A DNA stretch of 64,000 nt from an uncultured Methylomirabilota bacterium. GTDB taxonomy: Bacteria; Methylomirabilota; Methylomirabilia; Methylomirabilales; 2-02-FULL-66-22. This document shows positions 9,946 through 21,623 of the stretch, piece after piece. Below the pieces are notes generated by a model. That model was given only the letters and a program-made list of their open reading frames with translations. It was not told the origin of the DNA and did no database searches. Position numbers and translations under genes: made by a program. The stretch spans positions 2,528,001-2,592,000 of the forward strand of contig OY970067.1 of assembly GCA_963705305.1 (NCBI GenBank). Direction: 5' to 3'. Numbering within the stretch: the first letter of the stretch is position 1; each line of letters starts with the position of its first letter.

Positions 9946-12125
9946 CACGCGTCTCGCTTTCTCCATGCCCCGGTTACGGTGCGCGGCAGCGCGACCGGCT
10001 TCGCGGACTCGCTGGTGAAATCGAGGTCGTATCGCCTCCAGATGTCCAGGGCGATGGCCAGCGGTTTGACCATCGGGACCGTATACGTCCGCAGGTCGTG
10101 CTGGGCGAGGTACTCGGTCGTATTCTGGACGTAGTGCGAGTACCCCCGCGGGGAGATGATGAGCGGCTTGCGCATCTCCCGCATGAGCTCGGCCAGCCGC
10201 TCCGCGATGTATTCGGACAGGTACGGGATCTGGAGGTAGAGGCCCACGACGATGACATCGGTATTGGGATCGTCGTTGAGGATTCGGATGGCCTCGAGCA
10301 GCCGGTCGTCGTCCGCATCGCCGAACAGGTCGAGGGGATTGGAGGCCACCCGCTCCGCAATGCGGGCCCGCTCGGAGTCGTTGGCGGCGCGAATCTTGGC
10401 GTCGAGCAGCCGCGAGAGCGCGGCCCGCGAGCCGTCGGAGAATACCGACAGCTGCATGCGGTTCGAGGTGATCTGATCGGCCAGCAGGATGCCGGCCCCG
10501 CCGCCCACACTCACGACGGCCACCCGGTTGTTCCGGGCCGGCTTCTGCGTCGTGAGGATCGAGAGCACGTTGATCAGAATCTTCGGGTCCTCGGTCAATT
10601 CTTCGATCAGGTACAAGCCGGCCTGATGGCAGGCGGCCTTGAACGCCTGAAACGAGCCGGCCAGCGACGCGGTGTGGGACAGGGTGGCGGCCGCCCCGCC
10701 GGCCATGCCCCCCTTGATGATGATCACGGGCTTCCGCTGGGCGACCTTGCGCCCGACCTCCATGAACTGGAGGCCGTTGCGCAGCCCCTCCACGTAGACG
10801 GCGATGACCCGGATGCGCGGGTCGTCGCCCATATGCGCCAGCAGCTCGGGGATGGAAATGCCGCTGGCATTCCCGCAGGAGACCCACTTGCCGATGGCCA
10901 GGTTGTCGGCCGCCGCCATCTCCAGCAGCTCGAGGCCGACCCCGCCGCTTTGCGAGATGACGCCCACCAGCCCCGGCCTCGTGCTGACGTTCAGCCGCCG
11001 CATCGGCAGGAACAACGTGTTGAGGCCGGAGAAGTTGTCGAAGACCCCGAGGCAGTTCGGGCCGATGTAGACCACGCCGTGCTTCTCCGAGATGGCGCGG
11101 AGCTCGTCTTCCAGGTCGGTCCGCCCGATCTCGGCAAAGCCGTCGCTCACCAGGATGGCGCCCTTCCCTCCGGCCTCGCAGAACTTCCGGAAGCTGGCGA
11201 TCGTCGTCTCCGGCGCCACGGCAAACACGGCGACGTCCGCGGGGCGCGGGAGATCCGCGAAGTCCTTGTAGCACTTGATCCCCATCAGGGTCTCGCGCTT
11301 GGGGTTGATGGGGTACAGCCGCCGCACGCGGCTGGAATTCTTCAGAATGATTCCGCCGATGGAGCCGGGGCGCGACGCGCCCACCACCGCGACACTGTCC
11401 GCCTCGAAGATCGCCTCCAGGCTTTGCAGCCGGGCCTCGGATAGGTCGGTGGCCCGGGGGTGGATGATGGGCGCCCCGACGATCACGCGGGCGTCCACGA
11501 TGCAGCATCCCTTCGGATACAGGATCACCGGATTCAGATCGAGCTCGGTGACCTCCGGTCGTGCCTCCATCAGCTGGGAGACGCGGATGGCCAGATCGAT
11601 GGCGGCATCCTTGTCGAGCGCGGGGCCCCGGAACCCCTCGATCACCCGCGAGGCCAGGGTCTCCGACAGCATCCGCTCGACGTCGCCTCGCCTCAGCACC
11701 CCGATCCCCGGGGCCACATCCTTGAACAGTTCAACGAGGCGTCCCCCGTAGCCGATCATGGTCACGGGCCCGAAGGTCGGGTCCTGGCGCGCGCCCACCA
11801 GCAGCTCGAACCCTCGCTTGGCCTGCTTCTGCACCAGGATCCCGTCGATGCGCTGGGCGCCCGCGCGGCGCGCATTGGCCAGGATGGTGTCGTAGCTGTC
11901 GCCTGCCGCAGGGGCGCCGTCGATGTCCAGGATTACGACGCCGGCGTCCGTCTTGTGAATGACGTTGGGGGAGACAAGCTTCATGACGCAGGGGAAGCCC
12001 GCCTCCACGGCGGTCGCCACGGCTTCTTCGCGGGTGCGGGCCAAGGTGCCGCTGATGGAAATTCCGACGGACGCGAGCAGCTCCTTGGTCGCGGTGAAGT
12101 CGGCCTGGGTGCCGTTCATGGTCAT
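9945..12125 (-). CDS. ADP-forming acyl-CoA synthetase, swapped beta-alpha order (ATP-grasp first)
   Basis: VIHKTDAG, DPTFGP, ELDLNP precede VVGAS, GPNCLG, SQSGG, LSHTASLAG, NPLD; start uncertain (12119-12134). Confidence 0.85.
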   Translation of the reverse strand: MTMNGTQADFTATKELLASVGISISGTLARTREEAVATAVEAGFPCVMKLVSPNVIHKTDAGVVILDIDGAPAAGDSYDTILANARRAGAQRIDGILVQKQAKRGFELLVGARQDPTFGPVTMIGYGGRLVELFKDVAPGIGVLRRGDVERMLSETLASRVIEGFRGPALDKDAAIDLAIRVSQLMEARPEVTELDLNPVILYPKGCCIVDARVIVGAPIIHPRATDLSEARLQSLEAIFEADSVAVVGASRPGSIGGIILKNSSRVRRLYPINPKRETLMGIKCYKDFADLPRPADVAVFAVAPETTIASFRKFCEAGGKGAILVSDGFAEIGRTDLEDELRAISEKHGVVYIGPNCLGVFDNFSGLNTLFLPMRRLNVSTRPGLVGVISQSGGVGLELLEMAAADNLAIGKWVSCGNASGISIPELLAHMGDDPRIRVIAVYVEGLRNGLQFMEVGRKVAQRKPVIIIKGGMAGGAAATLSHTASLAGSFQAFKAACHQAGLYLIEELTEDPKILINVLSILTTQKPARNNRVAVVSVGGGAGILLADQITSNRMQLSVFSDGSRAALSRLLDAKIRAANDSERARIAERVASNPLDLFGDADDDRLLEAIRILNDDPNTDVIVVGLYLQIPYLSEYIAERLAELMREMRKPLIISPRGYSHYVQNTTEYLAQHDLRTYTVPMVKPLAIALDIWRRYDLDFTSESAKPVALPRTVTGAWRKRDA

Positions 12126-12296
12126 CTCTTCCATCCGGCGCTCTTCGGGGCTGATGCCGCCGCCTCCAGCGCCCGCGGGGCCCGCTCGCACAGCCCGCGA
12201 GCGGGCGCGATTATGTCGCCCGGGATGGCGTCGGATTCGCCCGGGACCCCGCCGGGCCATGCGCGGAGGGGCCGCCCCGTCTCGCCCGACGCCTTC

Positions 12297-12941
12297 CTAC
12301 CTCCCGGTCGAAAGAACGGTGTGACCGGCTGCCTCCAAGTGCGCAACCAGGGGGTCGACCCGTACGCCCTCCAGGCGAAGGATGACCACGCGCTTCTCTT
12401 GACCCTGATGGGTGGCGGTTCCGGTGACGAGGCCGGCGATGTCGCCTCCCTGCTCCTGGATGATCCGGCAGATGTCCAGGAACGCCCCCGGCCGGTCCTC
12501 CAGGACCAGCTCCAATCGCGCCTGCTCGTTCAGGAGGCCCGTCAGCTCCACGAAAGCGCGCAGGATATCGGTGCGGGTAATGATGCCTCTCAGGGACCCT
12601 GCCTGCAGCACGGGGAGGCAACCGATCCCGTGCTCGAGCATCAGGCGCGCCGCCTCCTCGATGGGCGTATCGGGGGCGACGGTGTACAGCTTGACCGCCA
12701 TGATCTCACGCACCTGGACCTTGTCCAGCAGATAATGCAGCTCGTGCATCTCGAGGCTGGTGGCGGGCGAAGGCGAGGCCTGGCGCAAATCCCGGTCGGT
12801 GACGAGGCCGACCAGGCGGCCGGCCTCGACCACGGGCAGATGGTGGATGCCCCGCTCCCGAATGAGCGCGGTGGCGTGCTGGAGGGTGTCCAGAGGGCTC
12901 ACCGAGATCGGATGCGTTGTCATGCGCTTCTCGACCAGCAT
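12297..12941 (-). CDS. CBS-pair plus ACT domain protein (AcuB-like)
   Basis: HHLPVV..LVGLVTDRDLR, IGCLPV..GIITRTD, C-terminal EDRPG ACT motif. Confidence 0.85.
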   Translation of the reverse strand: MLVEKRMTTHPISVSPLDTLQHATALIRERGIHHLPVVEAGRLVGLVTDRDLRQASPSPATSLEMHELHYLLDKVQVREIMAVKLYTVAPDTPIEEAARLMLEHGIGCLPVLQAGSLRGIITRTDILRAFVELTGLLNEQARLELVLEDRPGAFLDICRIIQEQGGDIAGLVTGTATHQGQEKRVVILRLEGVRVDPLVAHLEAAGHTVLSTGR

Positions 12942-13008
12942 GGGAATCCTCCCCAGGGCCCAGGCCGGCCTAGACGAGCGGCCAGCGGGGGCCTGACGCC
13001 GGGCCGGA

Positions 13009-13272
13009 TCAGGTCCCGGCGTATATGCCGATGTGGCGGATCGGGGGCGCGGGACGGTCCGGCCCGAGGGGGAGCCGGTGAGCGGCTGGCAGCGGCGCCT
13101 CCCGGAATGGCGGGGCCGCCGTCCCCTCGCCGGACAGCAGCAGATCCGAAATGCGGGAGGGGCGGGAGGGGACCGGCTCGGACCCGCACCGCCCGGCCGG
13201 ATCGATCACCGGGGAGAGAATCGATTCCGCCAGCGCAGACCCGTCCGGCGGAATCAAAATGCGCGAGAGCAT
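13009..13272 (-). pseudogene. Remnant of a second universal stress protein
   Basis: MLSRILIPPDGSALAESIL resembles the USP N-terminus (ILVPLDGSxxAE) with a GGAGG RBS, then similarity is lost. Confidence 0.5.
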
Positions 13273-13295
13273 CGGCGCCCCCTCCAACCCGCGCG

Positions 13296-13760
13296 CTACG
13301 GCATCTCGAGCTTCATGGCCGGATGTTTGATGATCAGCACCGGACACGGGGATTTGCGCACAACCTTCTCGGCGACGCTCCCCAGCAAGGCGTGGGCCAG
13401 CCCCGTCCGCCCGTGGGTGGCCATGATGATCAGGTCGATCTCGTGGGTGCGTGCATACTCGATGATCTCACGGAAGTCCACCCCCGCCACCACGTCGGCA
13501 TGGCACACCAGATCCTTTTCCTTGGCGGCCTGGATGAGCCGGTCCAGGGATACCTTGGCCTCGTCGGTGAGCGCTTGGGCAACCTTATCGGCGTCAAACT
13601 GGACGGCATAGGCTTCGGTCAGGCGGGGGGGCGGGGTGAGGACGTGGAGGAGGTGCACCTCGGCGTCGAACTCGGCGGCGAAGGGCAGGGCATAGGACCA
13701 AGCGTAGTCGGCGTATTCCGAGAAATCGGTGGGGAACAGGATGCGTCCGATCTTCAGCAT
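13296..13760 (-). CDS. Universal stress protein
   Basis: ILFPTDFS, DLIIMATHGRTG..LLGSVAEKVVRKSPCPVL. Confidence 0.92.
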   Translation of the reverse strand: MLKIGRILFPTDFSEYADYAWSYALPFAAEFDAEVHLLHVLTPPPRLTEAYAVQFDADKVAQALTDEAKVSLDRLIQAAKEKDLVCHADVVAGVDFREIIEYARTHEIDLIIMATHGRTGLAHALLGSVAEKVVRKSPCPVLIIKHPAMKLEMP

Positions 13761-13795
13761 AGCGGCACCCTCCCTCCGAACGACGATCCCGGCAG

Positions 13796-14188
13796 TCAGG
13801 ACGAGGTGATGGCCCCACGTTTTGCCAGCGCGGTATGCACCGCGGCGACCAGTTCGGCCATCTTCAGGGGCTTGCTGATGAACGCGGCTGCCCCCAGCTG
13901 CAGGGCCTTGCTGTAGCTCTGCCAATCTCCGAAGGCGGTGACGATGATGACGGGTACGCCAGGGTGGCTGCGGCGGAGGAAATCGAGGAGTTCCAGGCCG
14001 CCGTCGCGGGGCATCAACATATCGGTGATGACGAGGTCGAAACGACCGCCGCCGGCCAGCGCGGCGGCTTCGTGCCCGTCGGCGGCTACGGACACGCGGT
14101 ACCCTTCCTTTTCCAGGACCTTCCGCAGGAGATCCCGCATCTCCGGGTCATCGTCAACGATCAGCAGATGCCCGCTCAAGATCTCCAT
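13796..14188 (-). CDS. Stand-alone response regulator receiver
   Basis: LIVDDD, DLVITDMLMP, TAFG, ISKP. Confidence 0.9.
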   Translation of the reverse strand: MEILSGHLLIVDDDPEMRDLLRKVLEKEGYRVSVAADGHEAAALAGGGRFDLVITDMLMPRDGGLELLDFLRRSHPGVPVIIVTAFGDWQSYSKALQLGAAAFISKPLKMAELVAAVHTALAKRGAITSS

Positions 14189-14235
14189 GTCCGCGTCCCC
14201 GCTCAGCCCCCCCGTTCAACCCTCAACCTGGGTGG

Positions 14236-14251
14236 TGCAATCCCAGTGCCA
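14236..14251 (-). promoter_or_regulatory. sigma54 (-24/-12) promoter
   Basis: Minus strand TGGCAC-TGGGA-TTGCA, ~50 bp upstream of the receiver gene. Confidence 0.75.
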
Positions 14252-14638
14252 TGGGCTCCACCCGTGTGGAGGAGCAAGGACGACACTGCGCTGATCGAGG
14301 AGGGCCCCAATCTATCTAGAAACACCGAGTTCTCGGCGACGAAAACCCTCTCGGTGGAGCGATGCTGTCGAGCAATATGCTACCGGCCTCGTCTTGCTTC
14401 CGACTCTGTCGCAGTCCTGTGAAAGGGTGAGACCCTTTGTCTCAGGCATTCGCGCATACTTGACGGCCGCACACAGGCATCACCGCCGCGGGTCGAATGC
14501 CTGCGCCGGCGGCCAAGCCGACGCGGGCGGCCTCGGTCCGCTTCGCATAAAGGGGTCCAGGGGGGAGAACGGGGAAGCGTGGCAGTCTTCCCGGAGAAGC
14601 CCGAATCGGGAGGGGGCGGGATGCGCCGGGCCTCGGGG

Positions 14639-15064
14639 CTACGTGACCAGGATGCTCACGCTCTCCCCGTACTTGGCTTTCAGTCCGCCGGCCAGGGCCT
14701 CGGCCTGCTCCCCTTTCACCCGGATGACAACGTCACGATACCCGGGGCGCGCGTGGAGCGGGTAGGTCATCAGGCTGCGGACGTCCATCTCGAAATCCTG
14801 GAGGAACCGCACCAACTCGCGCCAGGCGTCAGGGCGGTCAGGCATCTCGGAGGCAATGCGTGTGCCGTGCTCTTTGTAGCCGAGAATCTCGACGATGGCC
14901 CGCAGCAGGTCGGTCTCGGTGATCAGACCCACCAGCATTCCTGCATCGTCCACAACCGGCAGACAGCCGATCTTGCGATCGTGCATGAGGAGCGCCGCCT
15001 TCTCCACGCTGTTGGACGGCTTGATCGTGATGGGAGCGCGCTTGATGAGATCGCGGAGCGTCAA
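14639..15064 (-). CDS. AcuB-like protein with a single CBS repeat plus ACT (possibly 5'-truncated)
   Basis: IGCLPVVD..GLITETDLL, MPDRP; in-frame stop shortly upstream of the TTG start. Confidence 0.6.
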   Translation of the reverse strand: MTLRDLIKRAPITIKPSNSVEKAALLMHDRKIGCLPVVDDAGMLVGLITETDLLRAIVEILGYKEHGTRIASEMPDRPDAWRELVRFLQDFEMDVRSLMTYPLHARPGYRDVVIRVKGEQAEALAGGLKAKYGESVSILVT

Positions 15065-15211
15065 CCCGAGAAGAAGTCATCTTGGCGGCGGCCTTACCGA
15101 CTGGAAGCGGCACCGCAGAAGACTACACGGGATTTGGCAAGCTGCGAGATTCCGCGGGAAGGCCGGGATTGGAGAGGCCGACGGCGCGCTGCTCGGGCCG
15201 GGGGCGGTAGA

Positions 15212-15754
15212 TCACTCGGCGCCGGTCAGCGCGAAGCCCGCCGCCAAGGCGCGACGGTTCAATTCTTCGGTCCCCTTGGGAACGCGGGCCAGCACCGCTC
15301 GCTCGATGGCCTGGCGCGAGACCACCTTGGAGAGCCCGACGATGACCCCGAGGGAGACGATGTTGGCCACCATCGCCTTCCCCACGGTCTCCTTGGCGGT
15401 CTCGATGATGGGCAGGTGCCGGACGACGAACTGGCCGGCGGGTAGCTGGGGGACGCGGAAGGAATCGGCCACGAGGATTCCTGACGGCTTCAGGTCGTGG
15501 ACATACTTGTCGGCGGCCGCCTGCGTGAGGGCCAGCAACAGGTCCACTGCCATGGCCTTGGGGTAGTCGATCTCCTCCTCGCTGATGATGACCTCGGCCT
15601 TGCTGGCCCCGCCGCGCGATTCGGGACCGTACACCTGGGTCTGGGTGGCGTTCTTTCCCTCGTAGATGGCCGCCGCCTCGGCCAGGATCACTCCGGCGAG
15701 GACAATCCCCTGGCCACCTTCGCCGCTAAGCCGGATCTCGCACCGACCGATCAT
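15212..15754 (-). CDS. korC: 2-oxoacid:ferredoxin oxidoreductase gamma subunit (KorC-like)
   Basis: LSGEGGQG, YGPESRGG, ANIVSLG. Confidence 0.85.
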   Translation of the reverse strand: MIGRCEIRLSGEGGQGIVLAGVILAEAAAIYEGKNATQTQVYGPESRGGASKAEVIISEEEIDYPKAMAVDLLLALTQAAADKYVHDLKPSGILVADSFRVPQLPAGQFVVRHLPIIETAKETVGKAMVANIVSLGVIVGLSKVVSRQAIERAVLARVPKGTEELNRRALAAGFALTGAE

Positions 15755-15785
15755 GGGCTGGACTCCCTCGCATGCCCGACGGGGG

Positions 15786-16604
15786 CTAGACTGCGGCCTT
15801 GGCCCGCTCGCGGGCGATCAGGTCTTCGTATTGCGCCGTGTATTCGGGCCGATCCATCTCGTGGAGAAGGCCGGTGAGGATCTTTCCCTGCAGCTGCTCA
15901 GGGGTCATGCGCTCGGCGGCTTTGACGTTCACCGTGTTGCTCTTCTCCCAGTCCAGCAGGTCAAGTAGGCTGATCTTATTGGGCCGCCCGTAGTAGGTAT
16001 TGCAGTTCTCCAGGATCTCGATGAGGGCGAAGCCCTTGTGCCGGATGCCGCCCTCGATCAGCCGGTCCAGCTGCTGGGTGTGGTAGGAGGTCCCACGCGC
16101 GACGTAAGTGGCCCCGGCGGCGACGGCCAGCTTGCAGGCGTCGAAGGGGGGGTCGATGCTGCCCTGCCGAGCGGTGCTGGCCACCTTGCCGGTCGGCGTG
16201 GTGGGCGCGAGCTGGCCCCCGGTCATTCCGTAGATGCCGTTGTTGAACAGGAGCACCGTGAGATCGATATTCCGCCGGGCGGCGTGGATGAAGTGGTTCC
16301 CTCCGATGGCCAGCGCGTCTCCGTCCCCGGTGATAACGATGACGGACAAGGACGGCTTGGCGAGCTTCACCCCCGTGGCGAAGGCGATGGGCCGGCCGTG
16401 GGTGGTGTGGAGGGTGTTGAAGTCGACGTATCCGGTGAGGCGGCTGGAGCAGCCGATTCCAGACACCATGCACACCGCGTCCTGCGACAGCCCGACGCGA
16501 TCGACGGCGCGGATGAGGCTCTTCATGACGATGCCACAGCCGCAGCCCGAGCACCAGATATGCGGGAACATCTCCAGCCGCAGGTATTTCTCGTAGTCGA
16601 ACAC
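15786..16604 (-). CDS. korB: 2-oxoacid:ferredoxin oxidoreductase beta subunit (KorB-like)
   Basis: [33 protein letters not shown]. Confidence 0.88.
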   Translation of the reverse strand: MFDYEKYLRLEMFPHIWCSGCGCGIVMKSLIRAVDRVGLSQDAVCMVSGIGCSSRLTGYVDFNTLHTTHGRPIAFATGVKLAKPSLSVIVITGDGDALAIGGNHFIHAARRNIDLTVLLFNNGIYGMTGGQLAPTTPTGKVASTARQGSIDPPFDACKLAVAAGATYVARGTSYHTQQLDRLIEGGIRHKGFALIEILENCNTYYGRPNKISLLDLLDWEKSNTVNVKAAERMTPEQLQGKILTGLLHEMDRPEYTAQYEDLIARERAKAAV

Positions 16605-16626
16605 GCGGATCCTCCTGCCCCGCCGA

Positions 16627-17784
16627 TCAGCCGCGGGCCAGCTCTTCGATCTTCTCCAGGATCTGTTGGGGAGGGATGGGCTCGCCCGTCACGCGGTTCA
16701 CACGGTGGACGGGACACAGATGCCGCGCCACCCTCTCGACCTCCAGCACCATCTGGCCCAGGTTCATCTCGACCACGACGAGGTGGTGCATGCGCTTGGC
16801 CAGATCCTCGACCGGCCCTTCGGGGAACGGCCAGAGGGTGACGGGCCGGAACAGCCCCACCGGGATCCCCTTGTTGCGGGCCAGCCGGACCGCGGCCTTG
16901 GCCGAGCGGGCGGAGGCGCCGAAGGCGATGATGGCCAGCTTGGTGTCGCGGAAGGCCAGCGAGGTGAGCTCATATTTCTGGATATCGGTCAGGCCCAGCT
17001 CGATCTTGCGCATGAGGCGCCGCTGGAGATGATCCACCACCTCGGGGCTGTCTTTCGGGAGACCCCGCACGTCGTGGTAGAGGCCCGTGACATGGTAGCG
17101 GTAGCCTTCCCCGAAGGGGGCCATGGGAGGAACCCCCGAGGGCGTATCGCCGTACGGGAGGTACTGTTCCGGCGGCCCCGTGGGCCGCGGGCGCTCCCAG
17201 AGGATGATGTCCTTGGTGTCGGGGACCACGACCCGCTCGCGCATGTGGCCGATGATCTCGTCGATGAGGAGCGTCACGGGGATGCGGAAGCGCTCGGCGA
17301 TGTTGAACGCCCGGACGGTCTCGTCGTACACCTCGCGGACCGACGCGGGCACCAGGGCCACCGCCGGGTGATCCCCGTGGGTCCCCCAGCGAGCCTGCAT
17401 CACGTCCGACTGGGCCGGCATCGTCGGCAGGCCGGTGCTGGGTCCGCCCCGCATGATATTCACGATCACGCAGGGGATCTCGGCCATCACGGCGTACCCG
17501 ATGTTCTCCTGCTTGAGCGAGTAGCCGGGGCCGCTGGTCGCCGTCATGGTCTTGGCGCCCGTCATGGCGGCCCCCAGGATCGCGCCCATGGCGGCGATCT
17601 CGTCCTCCATCTGGATGAATTTTCCGCCCACCCGGGGGAGGAGGACGGACATGTTCTCGGCGATCTCCGACGAGGGCGAGATGGGGTAGCCGCCGAAAAA
17701 GCGGCAGCCGGCCGCGATGGCGGCCAGGGCACACGCCTCGTTACCCTGGAGGAGCTTCACTTGCGGTGCTGTCTGTGAGCTCAC
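16627..17784 (-). CDS. korA: 2-oxoacid:ferredoxin oxidoreductase alpha subunit (KorA-like)
   Basis: QGNEA, GYPISPS, QMEDE, TSGPG, RGGPSTG, EMNLGQ. Confidence 0.88.
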   Translation of the reverse strand: MSSQTAPQVKLLQGNEACALAAIAAGCRFFGGYPISPSSEIAENMSVLLPRVGGKFIQMEDEIAAMGAILGAAMTGAKTMTATSGPGYSLKQENIGYAVMAEIPCVIVNIMRGGPSTGLPTMPAQSDVMQARWGTHGDHPAVALVPASVREVYDETVRAFNIAERFRIPVTLLIDEIIGHMRERVVVPDTKDIILWERPRPTGPPEQYLPYGDTPSGVPPMAPFGEGYRYHVTGLYHDVRGLPKDSPEVVDHLQRRLMRKIELGLTDIQKYELTSLAFRDTKLAIIAFGASARSAKAAVRLARNKGIPVGLFRPVTLWPFPEGPVEDLAKRMHHLVVVEMNLGQMVLEVERVARHLCPVHRVNRVTGEPIPPQQILEKIEELARG

Positions 17785-17862
17785 GCATCCTCCCATTCCC
17801 GGACCGGCCGCCCAGGCGTCCGGCGGCACGCCGGGAAAAGTCCTCTGCCGCGGCCGCTTCGC

Positions 17863-18141
17863 TCAGGCCTTGGGTTTGCCTGGCTCGCCGTAAACGACGA
17901 TGGCAAAATCCGGGCACAATTGCTCGCATCGCAGACACTTGGTGCACGCCTCCAGGGCTTTGACCTCCACCTTGTCCAGCGGAGTCATCTGGAGAACATC
18001 TTTGGGACAGAATTCGACACAGATGCCGCACCCTTTGCACCAGGCATCGTTGATCTCAATGGTTACGGCGGCGCTGACATATGTCTTGGTGGCTTCACGA
18101 GCCAAGGCGAGGACGTCCTCGCGAGTCCGGAGCGCTATCAT
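17863..18141 (-). CDS. korD: 2x[4Fe-4S] ferredoxin, delta subunit (KorD-like)
   Basis: WCKGCGICVEFCP and CTKCLRCEQLCPDFAI. Confidence 0.85.
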   Translation of the reverse strand: MIALRTREDVLALAREATKTYVSAAVTIEINDAWCKGCGICVEFCPKDVLQMTPLDKVEVKALEACTKCLRCEQLCPDFAIVVYGEPGKPKA

Positions 18142-18316
18142 GATCGTCCTGCCTCTTGATGGTGTGTTGACAAACGGCCCCCGCCCCGATTTCCTCCCGG
18201 GGCCCGCGCGGCCTGTAGTCCTTCGCGACCGATTAGCTGTCGGTTGCCGGGTCGGGCGTATCAGCCCGGGCAACTTTCGCCCCGGCCGGTTGACACACAA
18301 CCCCTCTAAGAGAAAA

Positions 18317-18332
18317 AGCAATGCCTGTGCCA
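18317..18332 (-). promoter_or_regulatory. sigma54 (-24/-12) promoter of korDABC
   Basis: Minus strand TGGCAC-AGGCA-TTGCT. Confidence 0.78.
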
Positions 18333-18718
18333 CATGGAAAACCCCCTATCTTCCCCCAGACAGCCGACGAAGATTTACGAGTGATGTCAAGAAGGGTCGA
18401 TAGTTGCGCGCGAATGACGGCCGCTGCGCCGACAAGCGGATCTCAGGAAAGGTCATTCTGATTCGTAGGATTCCGGACTTCGGATTGTGCGATATGCCGC
18501 AGTTCTCGACAGGAAAAAATCAGAGAGGCAATATCCTGATTTCTGCCTCATTCTTGTTGCCGGATAAACGCACGTGCCCGCCAAAACCGGCGAATCCTCG
18601 AAGCACCTTCTGGATCGAAGCCTATGGAGACCGGAAGGGCACTCGATCGAGCTTTCCGGCCCCGTGGGTTTTAGGTGCGGACACGGTCCGATCGAGAAAG
18701 AGAAGGCAGGTGATTCGG

Positions 18719-18904
18719 GTGCCCCTCTTCGAGTACGAGTGCCAGAGGTGCGGACATGTCTTCGAGATCATGCGTCAGCGCGCCGCGCCGGACAATCCTC
18801 CGGCCTGCCCGGAGTGCGAGGCCAGGGAGGTCGAGCGCATCTGGTCGCCCGTCGCCGGGCGGACGAGTGGCGGCTGCAGCTCCAATTTTTCGGGATTCGG
18901 CTGA
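18719..18904 (+). CDS. FmdB-family zinc ribbon protein
   Basis: GTG start; PLFEYECQRCGHVFE...CPEC. Confidence 0.8.
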   Translation: MPLFEYECQRCGHVFEIMRQRAAPDNPPACPECEAREVERIWSPVAGRTSGGCSSNFSGFG

Positions 18905-19059
18905 GGGCGATCACGGCGGGACCGGTGGTCCCGGAGTGCGGGCTTGGCCGGATAGCCTTGCATCGAACGGAGCACGGAAACGACAGGAGGCTGCATTGCC
19001 AGGCCGTCTCCGTGCATCGCACTACCTGAAAGAGGAAACTGGAAAAGGAGGCCGATGCG

Positions 19060-19413
19060 ATGGGAACGAAGGAGACTGCCACGGCGGGCCCGCTGGAGGT
19101 CAGCGACGCGACGTTCACGCAGGAGGTTCTGCAGTCCTCGACCCCGGTCCTGCTGGATTGCTGGGCGCCATGGTGCGGGCCGTGCCGGATGATGGCTCCG
19201 GTGATGGAGGAGCTCGCCGGCAGCCTGGCTGGCCGGGTGAAAGTGGCGAAGCTGAACGTGGACGATAACCCGACGGTCGCGCGGCAGCTCGGCATCATGA
19301 GCATCCCGACGCTCCTGCTCTTCAAGAATGGCCAGACCATCGGCAAGATGGTTGGGGCCGCCCCCCGGGTCCGCATCGAGGCCGAGCTGAACAGGCGGCT
19401 GCGCGACCAGTAA
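19060..19413 (+). CDS. trxA: Thioredoxin
   Basis: WAPWCGPC, MSIPTL; AGGAGG RBS. Confidence 0.92.
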   Translation: MGTKETATAGPLEVSDATFTQEVLQSSTPVLLDCWAPWCGPCRMMAPVMEELAGSLAGRVKVAKLNVDDNPTVARQLGIMSIPTLLLFKNGQTIGKMVGAAPRVRIEAELNRRLRDQ

Positions 19414-19554
19414 TTCCGGACCGTCCCGCGCCGGCTCGACCGGCGGGAAAACTCTCCGGCGGCACGGGGCCCCCGGGCCGCGGCGCCGCCGGAGAGTCTG
19501 CTTTCCGATTCCGCCCCCGCCTGCCGGTATTCTCGCCTCGCGGAGGAGCAATCC

Positions 19555-21453
<1,899 letters not shown>

Positions 21454-21509
21454 TTACCCCTTTCGTCCGGGGTTTTCAAGCCAAATCGATGCCCCGGCTG
21501 CGCGTCTGT

Positions 21510-21623
21510 TGTGGGAGCGGGCGCGAGGCGACCTTACGCGTACGTCGCAGCGTCGCGAGAGCGCGGGGGGTACCCATCCGAAGGATGGGTCTCGGCAGAG
21601 GGCCTTTTTCAGCAGCCTGCTAG
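21510..21623 (-). repeat. Partial copy of CTAG-bounded MITE/REP-like element
   Basis: Minus strand CTAG-CAGGCTGCTGAAAAAGGCCCTCTGC..CGCTGCGACGTAC resembles the left end of the element at 25970; distal boundary approximate. Confidence 0.6.

Noticed and set aside
18902..18955. Possible selenocysteine read-through of the FmdB-like gene (TGA followed by a GGGACC-GGT-GGTCCC hairpin)
   Set aside because: Read-through gives a short uninformative tail, and such hairpins are common at this GC content; would need Cys-aligned homologues
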